Origin: an uncultured Methanomicrobiales archaeon
Lineage (GTDB): Archaea > Halobacteriota > Methanomicrobia > Methanomicrobiales > Methanospirillaceae
Reading direction: 5' to 3'
Assembly: GCA_963758915.1 (NCBI GenBank)
Contig: CAVWXH010000010.1
Location: forward strand, 1-64,000
Length of the DNA stretch: 64,000 nt
The notes below the pieces were generated by a model, which was given only the letters and a program-made list of their open reading frames with translations, did not search any database and was not told where the DNA came from. Shown here in pieces: positions 50,186 through 60,976 of the stretch. The translations under genes and the position numbers were made by a program. Position 1 is the first letter of the stretch, and each line of letters starts with the position of its first letter.

Positions 50186-50333
50186 TTGGATGTCCCAATT
50201 GAACCCTGCCAATGAATTTCTTATCGGGGGTGGGGAAACCCCCTCCTGTCTATGCATCTGCTCTTTTTTTTCAATATGAAGGGTTTCCCATGAAAACAGA
50301 CATGATGTCGAAGGGCCACAAGCACACAAAAAT
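50186..50333. repeat. Remnant 5 of the MITE family (mosaic, modules in opposite orientations)
   Basis: 50186-50235 is identical to 54454-54503 (reverse core); 50280-50333 matches 33689-33741 in forward orientation. Confidence 0.8.
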
Positions 50334-50687
50334 CGGATTAAATGTTTTTAGACGACTTATCCTGCGTGATTAAAGATATGAATATGAATCATTATGGGAT
50401 CATGGGATAAACCAGTATAATGTTTCACTTCATAGTAGGGTTATGAATCCCGTTTTTCATCTGGTTTTTCGCCGTCGTCCGGTTTCTTAGCCTGGACGGA
50501 GATACCAATCAGCAACATCACTGATAAACAAGCAGAGCACCGTAACAAGGGATAAAGTCTCAATCCTGCTCTATCTCTTAAAAAAAACTCTGCAACTCTT
50601 AACCTGATAGTCCCGTTGGAAAATAACCGCCACAAAATCTTATCATATCTCCTATCTTATAATTATTCAGGTTTTCAATTTCAAAGG

Positions 50688-53288
50688 ATGATCTCAATGA
50701 TAATACAGGATCTATCGAAATACCGGAATTATATTCTAATTGCTCTTTTGGCAGTGTTAACCGGATTTGTGCTCTGGCTAAGACTTCTTCCACTGCTCCA
50801 GGCAGGAAATGTTGATATTCTATTCCTGGCAGGGAGTGACGATCCTCTGTATAATCTCCGGCAAATAGAACAGATGATCGAGGAATTTCCCCATATACGG
50901 GTGGTTTGATGCAATGACATTCTATCCTACCGGGCAGACCGTTCACTGGGGGCCACTGTTTATCATCATCAGTTCAGCATTTGTCAATGCTGGCCGGGGC
51001 TTCCACCCGCCCGGAAATCATCAAATTTTCGCTTATGGTCCCACCGATCATGGCAGCACTCATGGTGCCCCTGGTATTCCTTCTCGTCCGGAAAATTTCT
51101 GACTGGAAATGTGCTATTTTTGCGTCAGGTCTGATTGCAGTAATGGGTGGCCAGTATTTCTTCAGGTCGCTCTACGGATACCTGGATCACCATATCGCGG
51201 AGGTGCTGTTCGGGACCCTCTTCATTTTTGCCTATGTATATTGTATGTGGTGGGCGAAGGAGAACCCGGTTGACATATCGAAAAGAGAGACCCTGGTAAG
51301 GCCTGTTATTTTGGCTCTCCTCGCTGGTGTGGCGTATATTCTCGGGCTTTTTATTATGCCAACCATGATCCTTTTTGCGTTGATCATTGGTGTATTTACT
51401 GTAATCCAGTTCATATGGGATTTTTATCGCAAACAGTCCTCAGATTATCTCCTGGTCACAAATGCTGTAACATTTGGATTTGCCACCGTGGCATTTTTCA
51501 TCGTTGGGATTCAGACCGCAGGATTTCAACTTAATTACTATACCCTCGCCCACCCGTTATCGTATCTCCTCCTGGTTATTGGAACTGTTCTCCTTTACCT
51601 TCTTGCAAGATTCCTGAACGGAAAAAAAGTGTATTATTACCCCGCTGCAGTAATCGGGATCGGGATCATAGTAATTGCTGTTACAATTGCTGTTGCTCCT
51701 CTCGTATCCAACACGTTTATCAGTGCAATAACCGAATTTTTCGGTCAGAACTCGTTATATCTTACCATCCAGGAGGCAAGGTCATGGACCCTCACCGAAG
51801 CCTGGGAGACCTTCAATTATTCCCTAATCCTGATGGCAGGTGGCTTATTAGTCCTTATATACCGTTCATGGCGGGAGGAACGCCCCGATCAACATCTTAT
51901 ACTGATCTGGTCCGTGTTTATGCTGATCGCGGCCTGGCAGCATATCAGGTACGAATATTATCTTGCAGTCAATATTGCCATTCTCGGTGGAATCTGTATT
52001 GGCTATGTCTTCAGCCGTGGATGGAAAGATCTATGCACCATTGCCAAGACCGATGAAAAGTGATGAGCCGGGCAAATCCTTACCGCCAAAAGAAGCCTCC
52101 CAAAAGGGGAAAAAGGCTCCACAAAAAGGGAAAAGTACCCAAAACCGTCAAGGCTCCAATTACTTTAATATCGGCGCTATCGTCCTCGTGGTGCTCCTGT
52201 CATTATTATTTGTCTCGTCATCATTAGGGAGTGAGTATGCTGTTGCATCATCGGGCGCTCTAAGAATGAATCCCGACTGGAAGGAATCCCTCGAATGGAT
52301 GGGGGCACACACTCCCGATACAGGTGTTGACTATTATAAGGTTTACAATCGCGATACGTTCTCCTATCCCGCTCAGGCTTACGGTGTAATGTCATGGTGG
52401 GACTATGGACATATGATTACCTATATCGCAAAGCGAATCCCCAATGCAAACCCATTCCAGGCGGGTGTTGCAGGAGCTAACGGTTCAGCTGCCTTCTTCA
52501 TGTCCCAGTCTGAAACGGGAGCAAATACCATCCTGAAAAATGACGGTACGCGTTACGTTATCACCGATATCGAGATGGACACCGGGAAGTTCTGGGCGAT
52601 GGCGACATGGTATAATACAAGTGCCGGGGCCGGTCCCTACCAGCGACCCTACCTGGTCCCAAGTCCGGATAATCCGGGCCAGTATGGTGCAGTAACCCTC
52701 TATGATATCCCCTATTTCCAGACGATGGTATCGAAGCTCCATAACTTTGATGGTTCAATGACTGAACCAACAACGGCATATTACGTTGAATATACAGAAT
52801 CCGGGAGTTCAGGAAGACCGTACCCCGTCATAACAAGGGCGGAAAATATGGACTTCGCGAAGGCAAAAGCGAATGTTGACCTGTTTAACGGCAAGGCTCC
52901 TGCAGGTCAGCGTGCTGCAATTCTCAACGATATAATGTTGAAGCCGTTATCCTCAATTCCTGCACTTCAGCATTACCGGTTGGTACATGAGTCCCCCCGG
53001 AATGTGCTGAGCAGCAGTCCACCGGATGTAAAATATGTAAAAATCTTCGAATTTGTGTCCGGTGCAAAAATCAAGGGTGAAGGCATCATTGAAATTCCGC
53101 TGGTATCCAACACGGGAAGGGCGTTCGTATACCAGCAGGCCAGCACCAATGGTGAGTTTATAGTGCCATATTCAACAACCGGAAACCCGTACGATGTCAA
53201 GGCAACTGGTAAGTATCATATCATCGGGACTGACCGGCAGTTTGATGTGAGTGAGGACGCGGTCATGACGGGGGCGCAGATTAACTAA
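50688..53288 (+). CDS. aglB: Oligosaccharyltransferase AglB (three +1 homopolymer frameshifts)
   Basis: 'DDPLY', 'YLDHHIAE', 'TIQEA', 'SWWDYGH', 'ANPFQ'. Confidence 0.92.
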
Positions 53289-53289
53289 G

Positions 53290-54267
53290 ATGAAAAGGAA
53301 ATGTTCAGCCTTAACCGGAGAAATATTTGCCTGCCACGAGATAGAACTTACCAGCGAGTGTAATGCCCGTCTCACAATGGCGATCTCCGGTGTTCCCGAC
53401 TGGGTGGAGGTAATTGAACCGGGCCCTGCAACGGTGTCAGATCTCGAGCGGGTCCATAAACCCCATTATATCCGCATGATCCGTGAACTCTGCGCTCTTG
53501 GCGGGAAGCGTTACATCGACATGAGCACGTACCTTACTGCCGATACATTTCAGGTCGCCTCGGTCGCGGCCGGAGCAGTTATTGGTGCAGTTGAACGCAC
53601 CCTGAAGGGTGAACACTCCTTTGCGCTTGTCCGTCCCCCGGGTCACCATGCAGAGCCTGAATCTGCAATGGGCTTTTGTATTTTTAATAATGCTGCAGTT
53701 GCAGCCGCGTATGCACTTGAAACCGGTAAAAAAGTTGCCATCCTTGACTGGGACCTCCACCATGGGAACGGGACCCAGAAGATGTTTTACCCGAGTGAAC
53801 GGGTACTGTTTTGTTCCATTCACCAGGTAAACAGTTTCCCGAGGACCGGCTGGGTCGATGAAATAGGTACCGGGGATGGAAAGGGTTACACACTCAATGC
53901 ACCAATACGGGAAGGCTCAACCCTGTCTGATTATCTCTACGTATTCAACGGGATCTTTCTCCCTGCAATTGAAAAATTTTCCCCGGATGTTGTAATAATT
54001 TCTGCAGGGTTTGATGCACTTTCTGATGATCCAAAAGGTGGGATGAAATTAAGCCCGGAGGATTTCGGGGTCCTTACCCATATCACCGCCAATTCTGTAC
54101 AAGTGCCCCTTGCCCTTGTCCTTGAGGGGGGGTATGGCCCGTCCCTTGGCCCGGCAGTGCGTTCGGTATTCAATGCACTAGGTGGCGAATGCCCTGAATA
54201 TTCACCGGGGGAGGCAAGGGATAGTACGAAAAGGGTCGTCTCCCAACTGAAAAATTTAATTTCTTAA
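53290..54267 (+). CDS. Histone deacetylase family amidohydrolase
   Basis: 'RPPGHHA', 'GFCIFNN', 'DWDLHHGNGTQ', 'LEGGY'. Confidence 0.94.
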   Translation: MKRKCSALTGEIFACHEIELTSECNARLTMAISGVPDWVEVIEPGPATVSDLERVHKPHYIRMIRELCALGGKRYIDMSTYLTADTFQVASVAAGAVIGAVERTLKGEHSFALVRPPGHHAEPESAMGFCIFNNAAVAAAYALETGKKVAILDWDLHHGNGTQKMFYPSERVLFCSIHQVNSFPRTGWVDEIGTGDGKGYTLNAPIREGSTLSDYLYVFNGIFLPAIEKFSPDVVIISAGFDALSDDPKGGMKLSPEDFGVLTHITANSVQVPLALVLEGGYGPSLGPAVRSVFNALGGECPEYSPGEARDSTKRVVSQLKNLIS

Positions 54268-54318
54268 GTCTATAATACCGTAATTTTTTGTTTCGTCTGC
54301 CGGTTTTGTTGCATTAAT

Positions 54319-54529
54319 GGTTTTGTTGTAACCCTTTCAAATTTATCTCTAAATTAGGGTATTCCAAAATTTTATCACGCCCCCGGGCTCCACCCCGTCG
54401 CTCTGGCGACCCCGGTCGGGATAAGGAATGATCTCCAACTCTCTGAAAGTTCCTTGGATGTCCCAATTGAACCCTGCCAATGAATTTCTTATCGGGGGTG
54501 GGGGAGGGTGGGGTGAAACGCCCCTGTCT
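54319..54529 (-). mobile_element. MITE-family copy 4 (reverse orientation, degenerate ends)
   Basis: Reverse complement matches the copy-3 core; degenerate TIR GGTTTTGTTGTAAC at 54319. Confidence 0.78.
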
Positions 54530-54596
54530 TTCGCAGCAGGTCAGCATGCAAAATTTGATATTTTGGATGTATTACATAGTATCAGGGGATCACACA

Positions 54597-54890
54597 ATGG
54601 TGGGTGAAGTGATAGAGGCAGGGATGCGGGTACGCTATACAGGGACCGGAACCACAGGGACGGTACTCCGGTTTGAGCGGCAGGAGGGGAAAGAATATGC
54701 AGAACTCGATTCAACACACCTTCTTTACCTGACTGATAAACTTGTCCCGGTTGAGACTCATATCGAGAAGAAATTCCAGAAAAGAGAAGATATTAAGAAG
54801 ACAATTGAAGAAGAGAGAGAGTTTATTTCAGGCTCAGCGTTTCAGGAATCGCTTAAAAACATCGATCAGAGTTGTGAAGGTGGCGGGTAA
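54597..54890 (+). CDS. DUF2098 family protein
   Basis: 'VRYTGTGTTGTV' and C-terminal 'CEGGG'. Confidence 0.75.
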   Translation: MVGEVIEAGMRVRYTGTGTTGTVLRFERQEGKEYAELDSTHLLYLTDKLVPVETHIEKKFQKREDIKKTIEEEREFISGSAFQESLKNIDQSCEGGG

Positions 54891-55144
54891 CCTCCCCCGG
54901 ATTTTTTTCCGGTCCCGGGACGATGCCGGATTTTAAGTCTCCACATTTTTTTTGCTTATATCTTCTTGGATATCCGAACATATGATCATCATGTAACCGG
55001 ATTTTTAATACCCGGAAGATCCGGGTTAATCTGGTTGAAACAGTGGAAAAAATAATCTTTTGAGAGCAACCGGAGAATGAATTGGTTTTACTGATTACGT
55101 ATAAGTAGGATCATTATATATTCAATAGGGAGGTTTGATCACAT

Positions 55145-56380
55145 TTGCGTGATGTAACAATTCCAAGTGTCAACATAGGGGTTGTCGGACATGTGGACCA
55201 TGGGAAGACAACTCTTGTGTATGGGCTCACTGACACCTGGACGGATCGGCATAGCGAAGAGATAAAACGCGGTATCTCGATCCGTCTCGGATATGCAGAT
55301 GTGACGTTCTATAAATGTTCCGGGTGTGAAGGATCTGATGCATTTTCTCCAAAACCGGTATGTCCGGTATGCGGGTCCAAAGCGGTACCATTCCGTTCTG
55401 TTTCGTTTGTCGATGCACCGGGACACGAGACCCTGATGGCGACCATGCTTTCCGGGTCAGCCCTGATGGACGGTGCAATGCTCGTTATTGCCGCAAACGA
55501 GGTCTGCCCGCAGCCGCAGACGAAAGAGCACCTCATGGCGCTCGAGCTGGTGGGAATTAAGAACATTGTCATCGTCCAGAACAAGATCGATGTGGTCAGC
55601 GCAAAAGAGGCGAGGGCCCATTATGACCAGATTAAAAAATTTATCAAGGGGACTATCGCTGAAAATGCCCCGATAATCCCAGTATCTGCCCAGAAGGGCA
55701 TTAATATCGGGGGATTGGTTGAAGCACTGGACCAGACAATTCCAGAACCCGAACGTGACCCCGAGGCAAAGCCGATGATGCTGATTGCACGGTCCTTTGA
55801 TATCAATAAGCCCGGTTGTAACTGGAGAGAAGTAAAGGGCGGGGTTATCGGGGGTTCACTTATCCGTGGGGAGTTCAAGGAGGGCGATGACATCGAGATC
55901 CGCCCCGGACGGCAGAAACAGGTCGAGAACCGGATACGTTGGGACCCGGTTGAAACAAAAATCACCTCGATCAACGCCGGCTCCAAGAAAGTGCTGGAGG
56001 CATCGCCCGGGGGGCTTCTCGGGATAGCCACCAAATTAGACCCTGCTCTTACGAAAAGTGATGCACTGGCAGGCCAGGTCGCAGGTCACGTGGGATCCCT
56101 GCCCCCGGTCTGGGATAAGCTAAAATTCCGTGTCATGCTGATGGAGCGTGTGGTAGGGGCGACAAGCGAGTTATCGATCGAACCATTAAAACACAATGAA
56201 CCACTGATGCTCTCGGTAGGAACTGCGGTGACCGTCGGTATCGTGACCAACACCAAGAAAGATGCGGTCGAAGTGACCCTGAAGAGGCCGGTATGTGCAG
56301 AACTGGGTGGAAGAATTGCGATCAGCCGGCAGGTGGGGGCGAGATGGCGGTTGATCGGGATGGGAATCCTCACAGAGTGA
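55145..56380 (+). CDS. eif2g: Translation initiation factor 2 gamma subunit (TTG start)
   Basis: 'GHVDHGKTT', 'RGISIRLGY', 'DAPGHE', 'NKID'. Confidence 0.97.
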   Translation: MRDVTIPSVNIGVVGHVDHGKTTLVYGLTDTWTDRHSEEIKRGISIRLGYADVTFYKCSGCEGSDAFSPKPVCPVCGSKAVPFRSVSFVDAPGHETLMATMLSGSALMDGAMLVIAANEVCPQPQTKEHLMALELVGIKNIVIVQNKIDVVSAKEARAHYDQIKKFIKGTIAENAPIIPVSAQKGINIGGLVEALDQTIPEPERDPEAKPMMLIARSFDINKPGCNWREVKGGVIGGSLIRGEFKEGDDIEIRPGRQKQVENRIRWDPVETKITSINAGSKKVLEASPGGLLGIATKLDPALTKSDALAGQVAGHVGSLPPVWDKLKFRVMLMERVVGATSELSIEPLKHNEPLMLSVGTAVTVGIVTNTKKDAVEVTLKRPVCAELGGRIAISRQVGARWRLIGMGILTE

Positions 56381-56757
56381 TAGTCCTCCTGGATACCAAT
56401 GCACTGATGATGCCGTCACAGTTCAGGATAGACCTGTTCGAAGAGTTGAGGGAACTCCTTGGCTCCTATGAACCGGTTGTCCTTGCCGAAGTGGTGAATG
56501 AACTGATGCGCCTGTCCGCAGGACATGGGAAAGATGCCGCGGCCGCAAGGCTTGGTCTTGAAATGTCCCGGAAGTGTACCCTCGCGGAGAGTGGATCAGA
56601 CGAAGGTACTGTGGATGAGAGGATTTCAGCCTATGCCGGACGACACAGGGGTATGGTGCTGACAAACGACCGCGCACTCCGGAACCAGCTGCTCACTCAA
56701 AGAATTCCGGTAATATCACTAAAAAATCAGAAAAAACTCGATGTAATAAGGAGATAA
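56377..56757 (+). CDS. PIN domain protein (Fcf1/VapC9-like)
   Basis: 'LLDTNALM', 'VD', 'LTNDRAL'; conserved position after eif2g. Confidence 0.88.
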   Translation: MIVLLDTNALMMPSQFRIDLFEELRELLGSYEPVVLAEVVNELMRLSAGHGKDAAAARLGLEMSRKCTLAESGSDEGTVDERISAYAGRHRGMVLTNDRALRNQLLTQRIPVISLKNQKKLDVIRR

Positions 56758-56763
56758 TGGATT

Positions 56764-57351
56764 ATGTATTACAGGATGAAGCTCAGCGATAAGGTGAGAG
56801 TACCTCCTCACCGCCTTGGCGAAGCACTTGATAAGGTAATTCTCGATGTCCTCCAGGAACAGCTCGAGGGTAGTATCGACAAGGAGATCGGGATCTTTAT
56901 CGGCGTAACAAAGGTGCTGACTATCGGTGAAGGGGAAATAATTCCCGGAGATGGTGCTGTATTCTACGACGTCGTTTTTGAAGCCATGGTCCTCCGGTTA
57001 TCACTCCAGGAGGTCATGGAGGGACTTGTTGTCGAGACCACCAGTTTTGGGGCATTTGTTAGCCTCGGGCCAATCGATGCGATGCTCCATGTCAGCCAGA
57101 TATCAGACGAATATATCAGTTTCGACGAGAAGAACTCACGACTGATCTGCCAGGAATCAAAGAGATTTATTGCGGTCGGTGAACCCATCCGCAGCCGTCT
57201 GGTAACACTCAGCCTCAACGAGAGGGAGCCAAGGGACAGCAAGATCGGGCTTACTATGAGGCAGTCAGGTCTTGGGACCGGCGTATGGCTGGAAGACGAT
57301 ATGAACAAGGAGAAGGAGAAGGAAAAGGGTGGCGAACGTGGTAGCCAGTAG
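56764..57351 (+). CDS. rpoE1: RNA polymerase subunit E' (Rpo7)
   Basis: 'VRVPP', 'FGAFVSLGPIDAMLHVSQI', 'IGLTMRQ'. Confidence 0.96.
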   Translation: MYYRMKLSDKVRVPPHRLGEALDKVILDVLQEQLEGSIDKEIGIFIGVTKVLTIGEGEIIPGDGAVFYDVVFEAMVLRLSLQEVMEGLVVETTSFGAFVSLGPIDAMLHVSQISDEYISFDEKNSRLICQESKRFIAVGEPIRSRLVTLSLNEREPRDSKIGLTMRQSGLGTGVWLEDDMNKEKEKEKGGERGSQ

Positions 57352-57544
57352 CAGGAAAAAGCATGGTAATGTCTGCCGTGAATGCCACCGGGTGGTTGAA
57401 GGCGAAGCCTGCGCGGTGTGCGGTTCGGGGAACCTGAGTTCCGACTGGACGGGCTATCTTGTCATTATTGACCCTGAACGGTCAGAGATCTCTAAAAAGA
57501 TGAATATCAAGCTTCCTGGGAAATATGCATTGAAGGTCAGGTAA
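57329..57544 (+). CDS. spt4: Transcription elongation factor Spt4 (RpoE'')
   Basis: 'CRECH...CAVCG', 'PGKYALKVR'. Confidence 0.94.
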   Translation: MANVVASSRKKHGNVCRECHRVVEGEACAVCGSGNLSSDWTGYLVIIDPERSEISKKMNIKLPGKYALKVR

Positions 57545-58047
57545 TGCTAATCCTTCCAGAGGAGCGGAGAAAATTTTTCAAAGTACCTTTTGGAATTCTT
57601 TATCCTGACATTGCTGACATTATTCCGCTAATCAAAGGAAAAAAGGTATACACGGTTGGGGATGTGGTCACGCACCGTCTCCTCCAGCATGGGATAACAC
57701 CTGATATCGCGATCATCGACGGGCATACCATGAGATCCCCGTGTGACAGGACGCCCGTCCTCTTCGACCACTGCATCCGGGTAAAAAATCCTCCCGGTTC
57801 GCTATCTGATGAACTGATTGAGGGGCTGAACGAGGCCCTCAGGCATCCGCAGGTAATGATCTATGTTGATGGTGAGGAAGACCTCGCGGTGATTCCCCTC
57901 GTTATCGCTTCAAATGAAGGTTCCGTCATTTTGTATGGGCAACCCCGTGAGGGTGTCGTATTCCGCCTGGTTGACAGGGAAGCAAAGGAGAAGGCCCGGG
58001 ATATGCTGACCCATTTTATTAAAGACCCACAAAAAATAGTTGAATGA
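57544..58047 (+). CDS. GTP-dependent dephospho-CoA kinase (DUF359)
   Basis: 'VGDVVT', 'NPPG', 'GEEDLA', 'YGQP'. Confidence 0.9.
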   Translation: MLILPEERRKFFKVPFGILYPDIADIIPLIKGKKVYTVGDVVTHRLLQHGITPDIAIIDGHTMRSPCDRTPVLFDHCIRVKNPPGSLSDELIEGLNEALRHPQVMIYVDGEEDLAVIPLVIASNEGSVILYGQPREGVVFRLVDREAKEKARDMLTHFIKDPQKIVE

Positions 58048-58137
58048 TAAAATAGTGATTTCCAGCCATTTTTTGTTCCCCATGAACGTCATGATCATGT
58101 TTTAAATAAAGTCGTTACCTATAATTAGAGGATATCG

Positions 58138-58434
58138 ATGGAGTTTGAGATAACGAAGGATAAGAGAAACGAGCTTCTCATGAGGAGAGAACTCAATTTC
58201 GTCCTCCGATACGATGGTGCTACCCCCTCAAGGATGCAAATCACCGGTAAATTATCAGCACTTCTCAACACAAATGAGAAGCAGATGGTAATCGATTCAT
58301 TAAAGACCGGTTTCGGAAAGATGGAACTCACAGGCATGGCCCGGATATATGATAACGAAGAGACAAAGGTGAAAACCGAGCGACAATTCCTGATGACCCG
58401 CGGGATGCCAAAACCGAAGGAAGAGGCTGCATAA
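58138..58434 (+). CDS. rps24e: 30S ribosomal protein S24e
   Basis: 'NELLMRRE', 'ATPSR', 'FG...ARIY'. Confidence 0.95.
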   Translation: MEFEITKDKRNELLMRRELNFVLRYDGATPSRMQITGKLSALLNTNEKQMVIDSLKTGFGKMELTGMARIYDNEETKVKTERQFLMTRGMPKPKEEAA

Positions 58435-58436
58435 TC

Positions 58437-58619
58437 ATGGCAGCGAAAAAAGCCAAGGAATCAAAGGCAGCCAAACGCGGTTCATACTACAAAGTCGAAG
58501 GTGACAAGGTCACAACTGACAAGAAATACTGCCCAAGGTGCGGTCCCGGAATTATTATGGCCGGGCACAAAGATCGCGCTGCCTGTGGAAAATGTGGCTA
58601 TACCGAATTTGCAAAATAA
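58437..58619 (+). CDS. rps27ae: 30S ribosomal protein S27ae
   Basis: '[21 protein letters not shown]'. Confidence 0.96.
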   Translation: MAAKKAKESKAAKRGSYYKVEGDKVTTDKKYCPRCGPGIIMAGHKDRAACGKCGYTEFAK

Positions 58620-58625
58620 GATTAG

Positions 58626-60209
58626 ATGCCTGTTTTTGGGCCGGTTCTGGGGATTGAAGGCACTGCCTGGAATCTCAGTGCCGCTGTTTTTGATACGTCT
58701 CTCCGGGCTATTCGTTCCCGTCCCTATAAGCCTGCACAGGGGGGTATTCACCCGAGGGAAGCCGCCCAGCACCACGCATCGGAGATGAAATCGGTCATCT
58801 CTGGGGTTCTTGAGGACTTTGGTGATACGTCAGGGATTGAGGGGGTTGCATTTTCTATCGGCCCCGGTCTTGGACCGTGTCTCCGGACCGTTGCTACCGC
58901 ATCACGTTCGCTTTCCATGGCGCTGGGTGTCCCGCTTGTAGGGGTGAACCATTGTGTCGCGCATGTTGAGATTGGAAGGTATGCAACCGGCTGCAATGAC
59001 CCGGTCACCCTGTATGCCAGCGGGGCGAATACCCAGGTAATCGGGTACCTGAAATCCCGCTACCGCATTTTTGGTGAAACCCTTGATATCGGGCTTGGCA
59101 ATGCTCTGGACAAGTTTGCAAGGAGTAAAGGACTCCCGCATCCGGGAGGGCCTGTTATCGAGGAACTTGCCGGAAAAGGGAGTTACATCGAACTGCCTTA
59201 TACGGTGAAAGGGATGGACCTGGCATTCTCGGGCCTTGTAAGCGCAGCGAAAGAGAGCCGGGGGGCAATTGAAGACGTCTGTAACGGTCTCCAGGAGACT
59301 GCATTTGCCATGTGTGTAGAGGTGACCGAACGGGCGCTGGCACATAGCGGGAAAAACGAAGTGCTTCTGGTCGGCGGTGTCGGGGCGAACAGGCGACTTC
59401 GCGATATGTTGCAGGTAATGGCAGAAGAGAGGGGTGCATCCTTTCATGTGCCTGATACAGGGTTCCTGGGGGATAATGGCGCCATGATCGCATACACGGG
59501 CAGGGTAATGCTTGAGCATGGTGTCAGTACCCCTCTTGCCTCCTCCCATGTCAACCCCTCCTTCCGGGTTGACCAGGTCGATGTTGTATGGAGGTCTGGT
59601 GAGACGGTTCTGCCAATACCCGTTCAAAAGGGCGGACGCACCACCGCAATCGGAGCCGAGGCCATGGTAACAATTGGCAGGGACGAGGTCTGTAAAGAAC
59701 GGGGGGGGAAAAGTTACCGGTCCCCGGGCCTCGACCGGCAGCTCATCCGCGAACGCACCCGCACTGAGGCACGTCTCATCTCAATGGCGAGAAGGGCAGG
59801 GGTACCAACGCCTGTTATCAGGGACATCACTGAGAATTCCATCCTGATGGAAAAAATTGAAGGCCCGATGCTCAAGGAATGCCTTGAGCCAGACCTCGTC
59901 TGCGAGGCCGGGATGATGGTCGGTCGTCTTCACCGGGCGGGAATCATCCACGGTGACCTTACAACGAGTAATATCCTGGTTCGTGACGGCCGGTGTATAC
60001 TGATTGATTTTGGTCTTGCACAGGTGTCCTCAGAGGTTGAACCGCGGGGTGTCGATATTCACGTATTTTTCCAGACCCTGGAAAGCATGGTTGAGAACCA
60101 CGAAGAACTCCGGCAGCGCTTTATTGAGGGGTACTCAGTGGAATTTGACCATGCCGGCGAGGTCGTTGACCGTGAACAGGAGATCCTGCAGAGAGGGCGA
60201 TATTTATGA
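58626..60209 (+). CDS. kae1: Bifunctional Kae1/Bud32 t6A synthesis protein
   Basis: 'GIEGTAW', 'HCVAHVE', 'DNGAMIA'; kinase motifs 'HGDLTTSN', 'IDFGL'. Confidence 0.95.
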   Translation: MPVFGPVLGIEGTAWNLSAAVFDTSLRAIRSRPYKPAQGGIHPREAAQHHASEMKSVISGVLEDFGDTSGIEGVAFSIGPGLGPCLRTVATASRSLSMALGVPLVGVNHCVAHVEIGRYATGCNDPVTLYASGANTQVIGYLKSRYRIFGETLDIGLGNALDKFARSKGLPHPGGPVIEELAGKGSYIELPYTVKGMDLAFSGLVSAAKESRGAIEDVCNGLQETAFAMCVEVTERALAHSGKNEVLLVGGVGANRRLRDMLQVMAEERGASFHVPDTGFLGDNGAMIAYTGRVMLEHGVSTPLASSHVNPSFRVDQVDVVWRSGETVLPIPVQKGGRTTAIGAEAMVTIGRDEVCKERGGKSYRSPGLDRQLIRERTRTEARLISMARRAGVPTPVIRDITENSILMEKIEGPMLKECLEPDLVCEAGMMVGRLHRAGIIHGDLTTSNILVRDGRCILIDFGLAQVSSEVEPRGVDIHVFFQTLESMVENHEELRQRFIEGYSVEFDHAGEVVDREQEILQRGRYL

Positions 60210-60751
60210 AACTGCTTGTCGTAACGAGTAACCCCCACAAGGCTGACGAGATCAGGTCCTATTTCGGGGCTGGTATAGAGGTGGAAGATGTCCGGCTCGA
60301 ATGCCCGGAGTGCCGCCATGATGACGTCGCAGAGATCGCACGCTATAAAGCGGAATTTGCCTGGAGTAAACTTAATAGCCCCCTGATCGTGGATGACACG
60401 GCATTCTGTATTGATTCGCTGTCAGGGTTCCCGGGTCCGTATGCGGCCTACGTGTTCTATACAATCGGTAACGAGGGGATCCTCAGGCTAACTGAAGGAA
60501 AAGGCAGGGACGCCCATTTCGAAACTGCAATTGCCTACGCGGATTCGTCGGGGATCAGGGTCTTCCGCGGTGTGTTACCAGGCTGCATCGTTGAACCCCG
60601 TGGGAGGGAAGGGTTTGGGTATGATCCAATTTTTGAATGGAACGGCCGGACCCTGGCAGAAATCCCGCTTGATGAGAAGAGCAGGATATCCCACCGGGCA
60701 TTAGCCCTCAGGGAATTACATGCCTGGCTGCTCGCAGGAGGCTACTTATGA
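60206..60751 (+). CDS. rdgB: Non-canonical purine NTP pyrophosphatase (Ham1)
   Basis: 'TSNPHK', 'DDT', 'GFPGPY', 'GFGYDPIF', 'SHR'. Confidence 0.95.
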   Translation: MKLLVVTSNPHKADEIRSYFGAGIEVEDVRLECPECRHDDVAEIARYKAEFAWSKLNSPLIVDDTAFCIDSLSGFPGPYAAYVFYTIGNEGILRLTEGKGRDAHFETAIAYADSSGIRVFRGVLPGCIVEPRGREGFGYDPIFEWNGRTLAEIPLDEKSRISHRALALRELHAWLLAGGYL

Positions 60752-60828
60752 AGTGGTTTCCCACAACGGTTAAGTGGAAAGAGAGCTTTGTTTATAAGAC
60801 AGAATAAATCTGGAATGTGGTGTAGAAA

Positions 60829-60975
60829 ATGGCAAGATTTCCTGAAGCAGAAGCCCGCCTTCTTAATGTAAAAATTTGTATGCGCTGTAATGCAAGGAAT
60901 GCAATTCGTGCAACACAGTGCCGAAAATGCGGGTACCAGAATCTGCGCCCGAAGAACAAAGAGCGAAAAGCCTGA
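60829..60975 (+). CDS. rpl40e: 50S ribosomal protein L40e (not in the ORF track)
   Basis: Manual translation: [48 protein letters not shown]. Confidence 0.96.
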   Translation: MARFPEAEARLLNVKICMRCNARNAIRATQCRKCGYQNLRPKNKERKA

Positions 60976-60976
60976 T

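Noticed and set aside
8194-53288. Frameshifts in hisG, the YprB-like exonuclease, the HAD hydrolase, the GT4 enzyme and aglB as programmed frameshifting or phase variation
   Set aside because: Those examined are single-base indels, mostly +1 in short homopolymers (for example hisG ~8833, G-run ~43415, aglB ~50890, ~50981 and ~52057). They hit genes expected to be needed, which is typical of long-read error. Short-read polishing would settle it.
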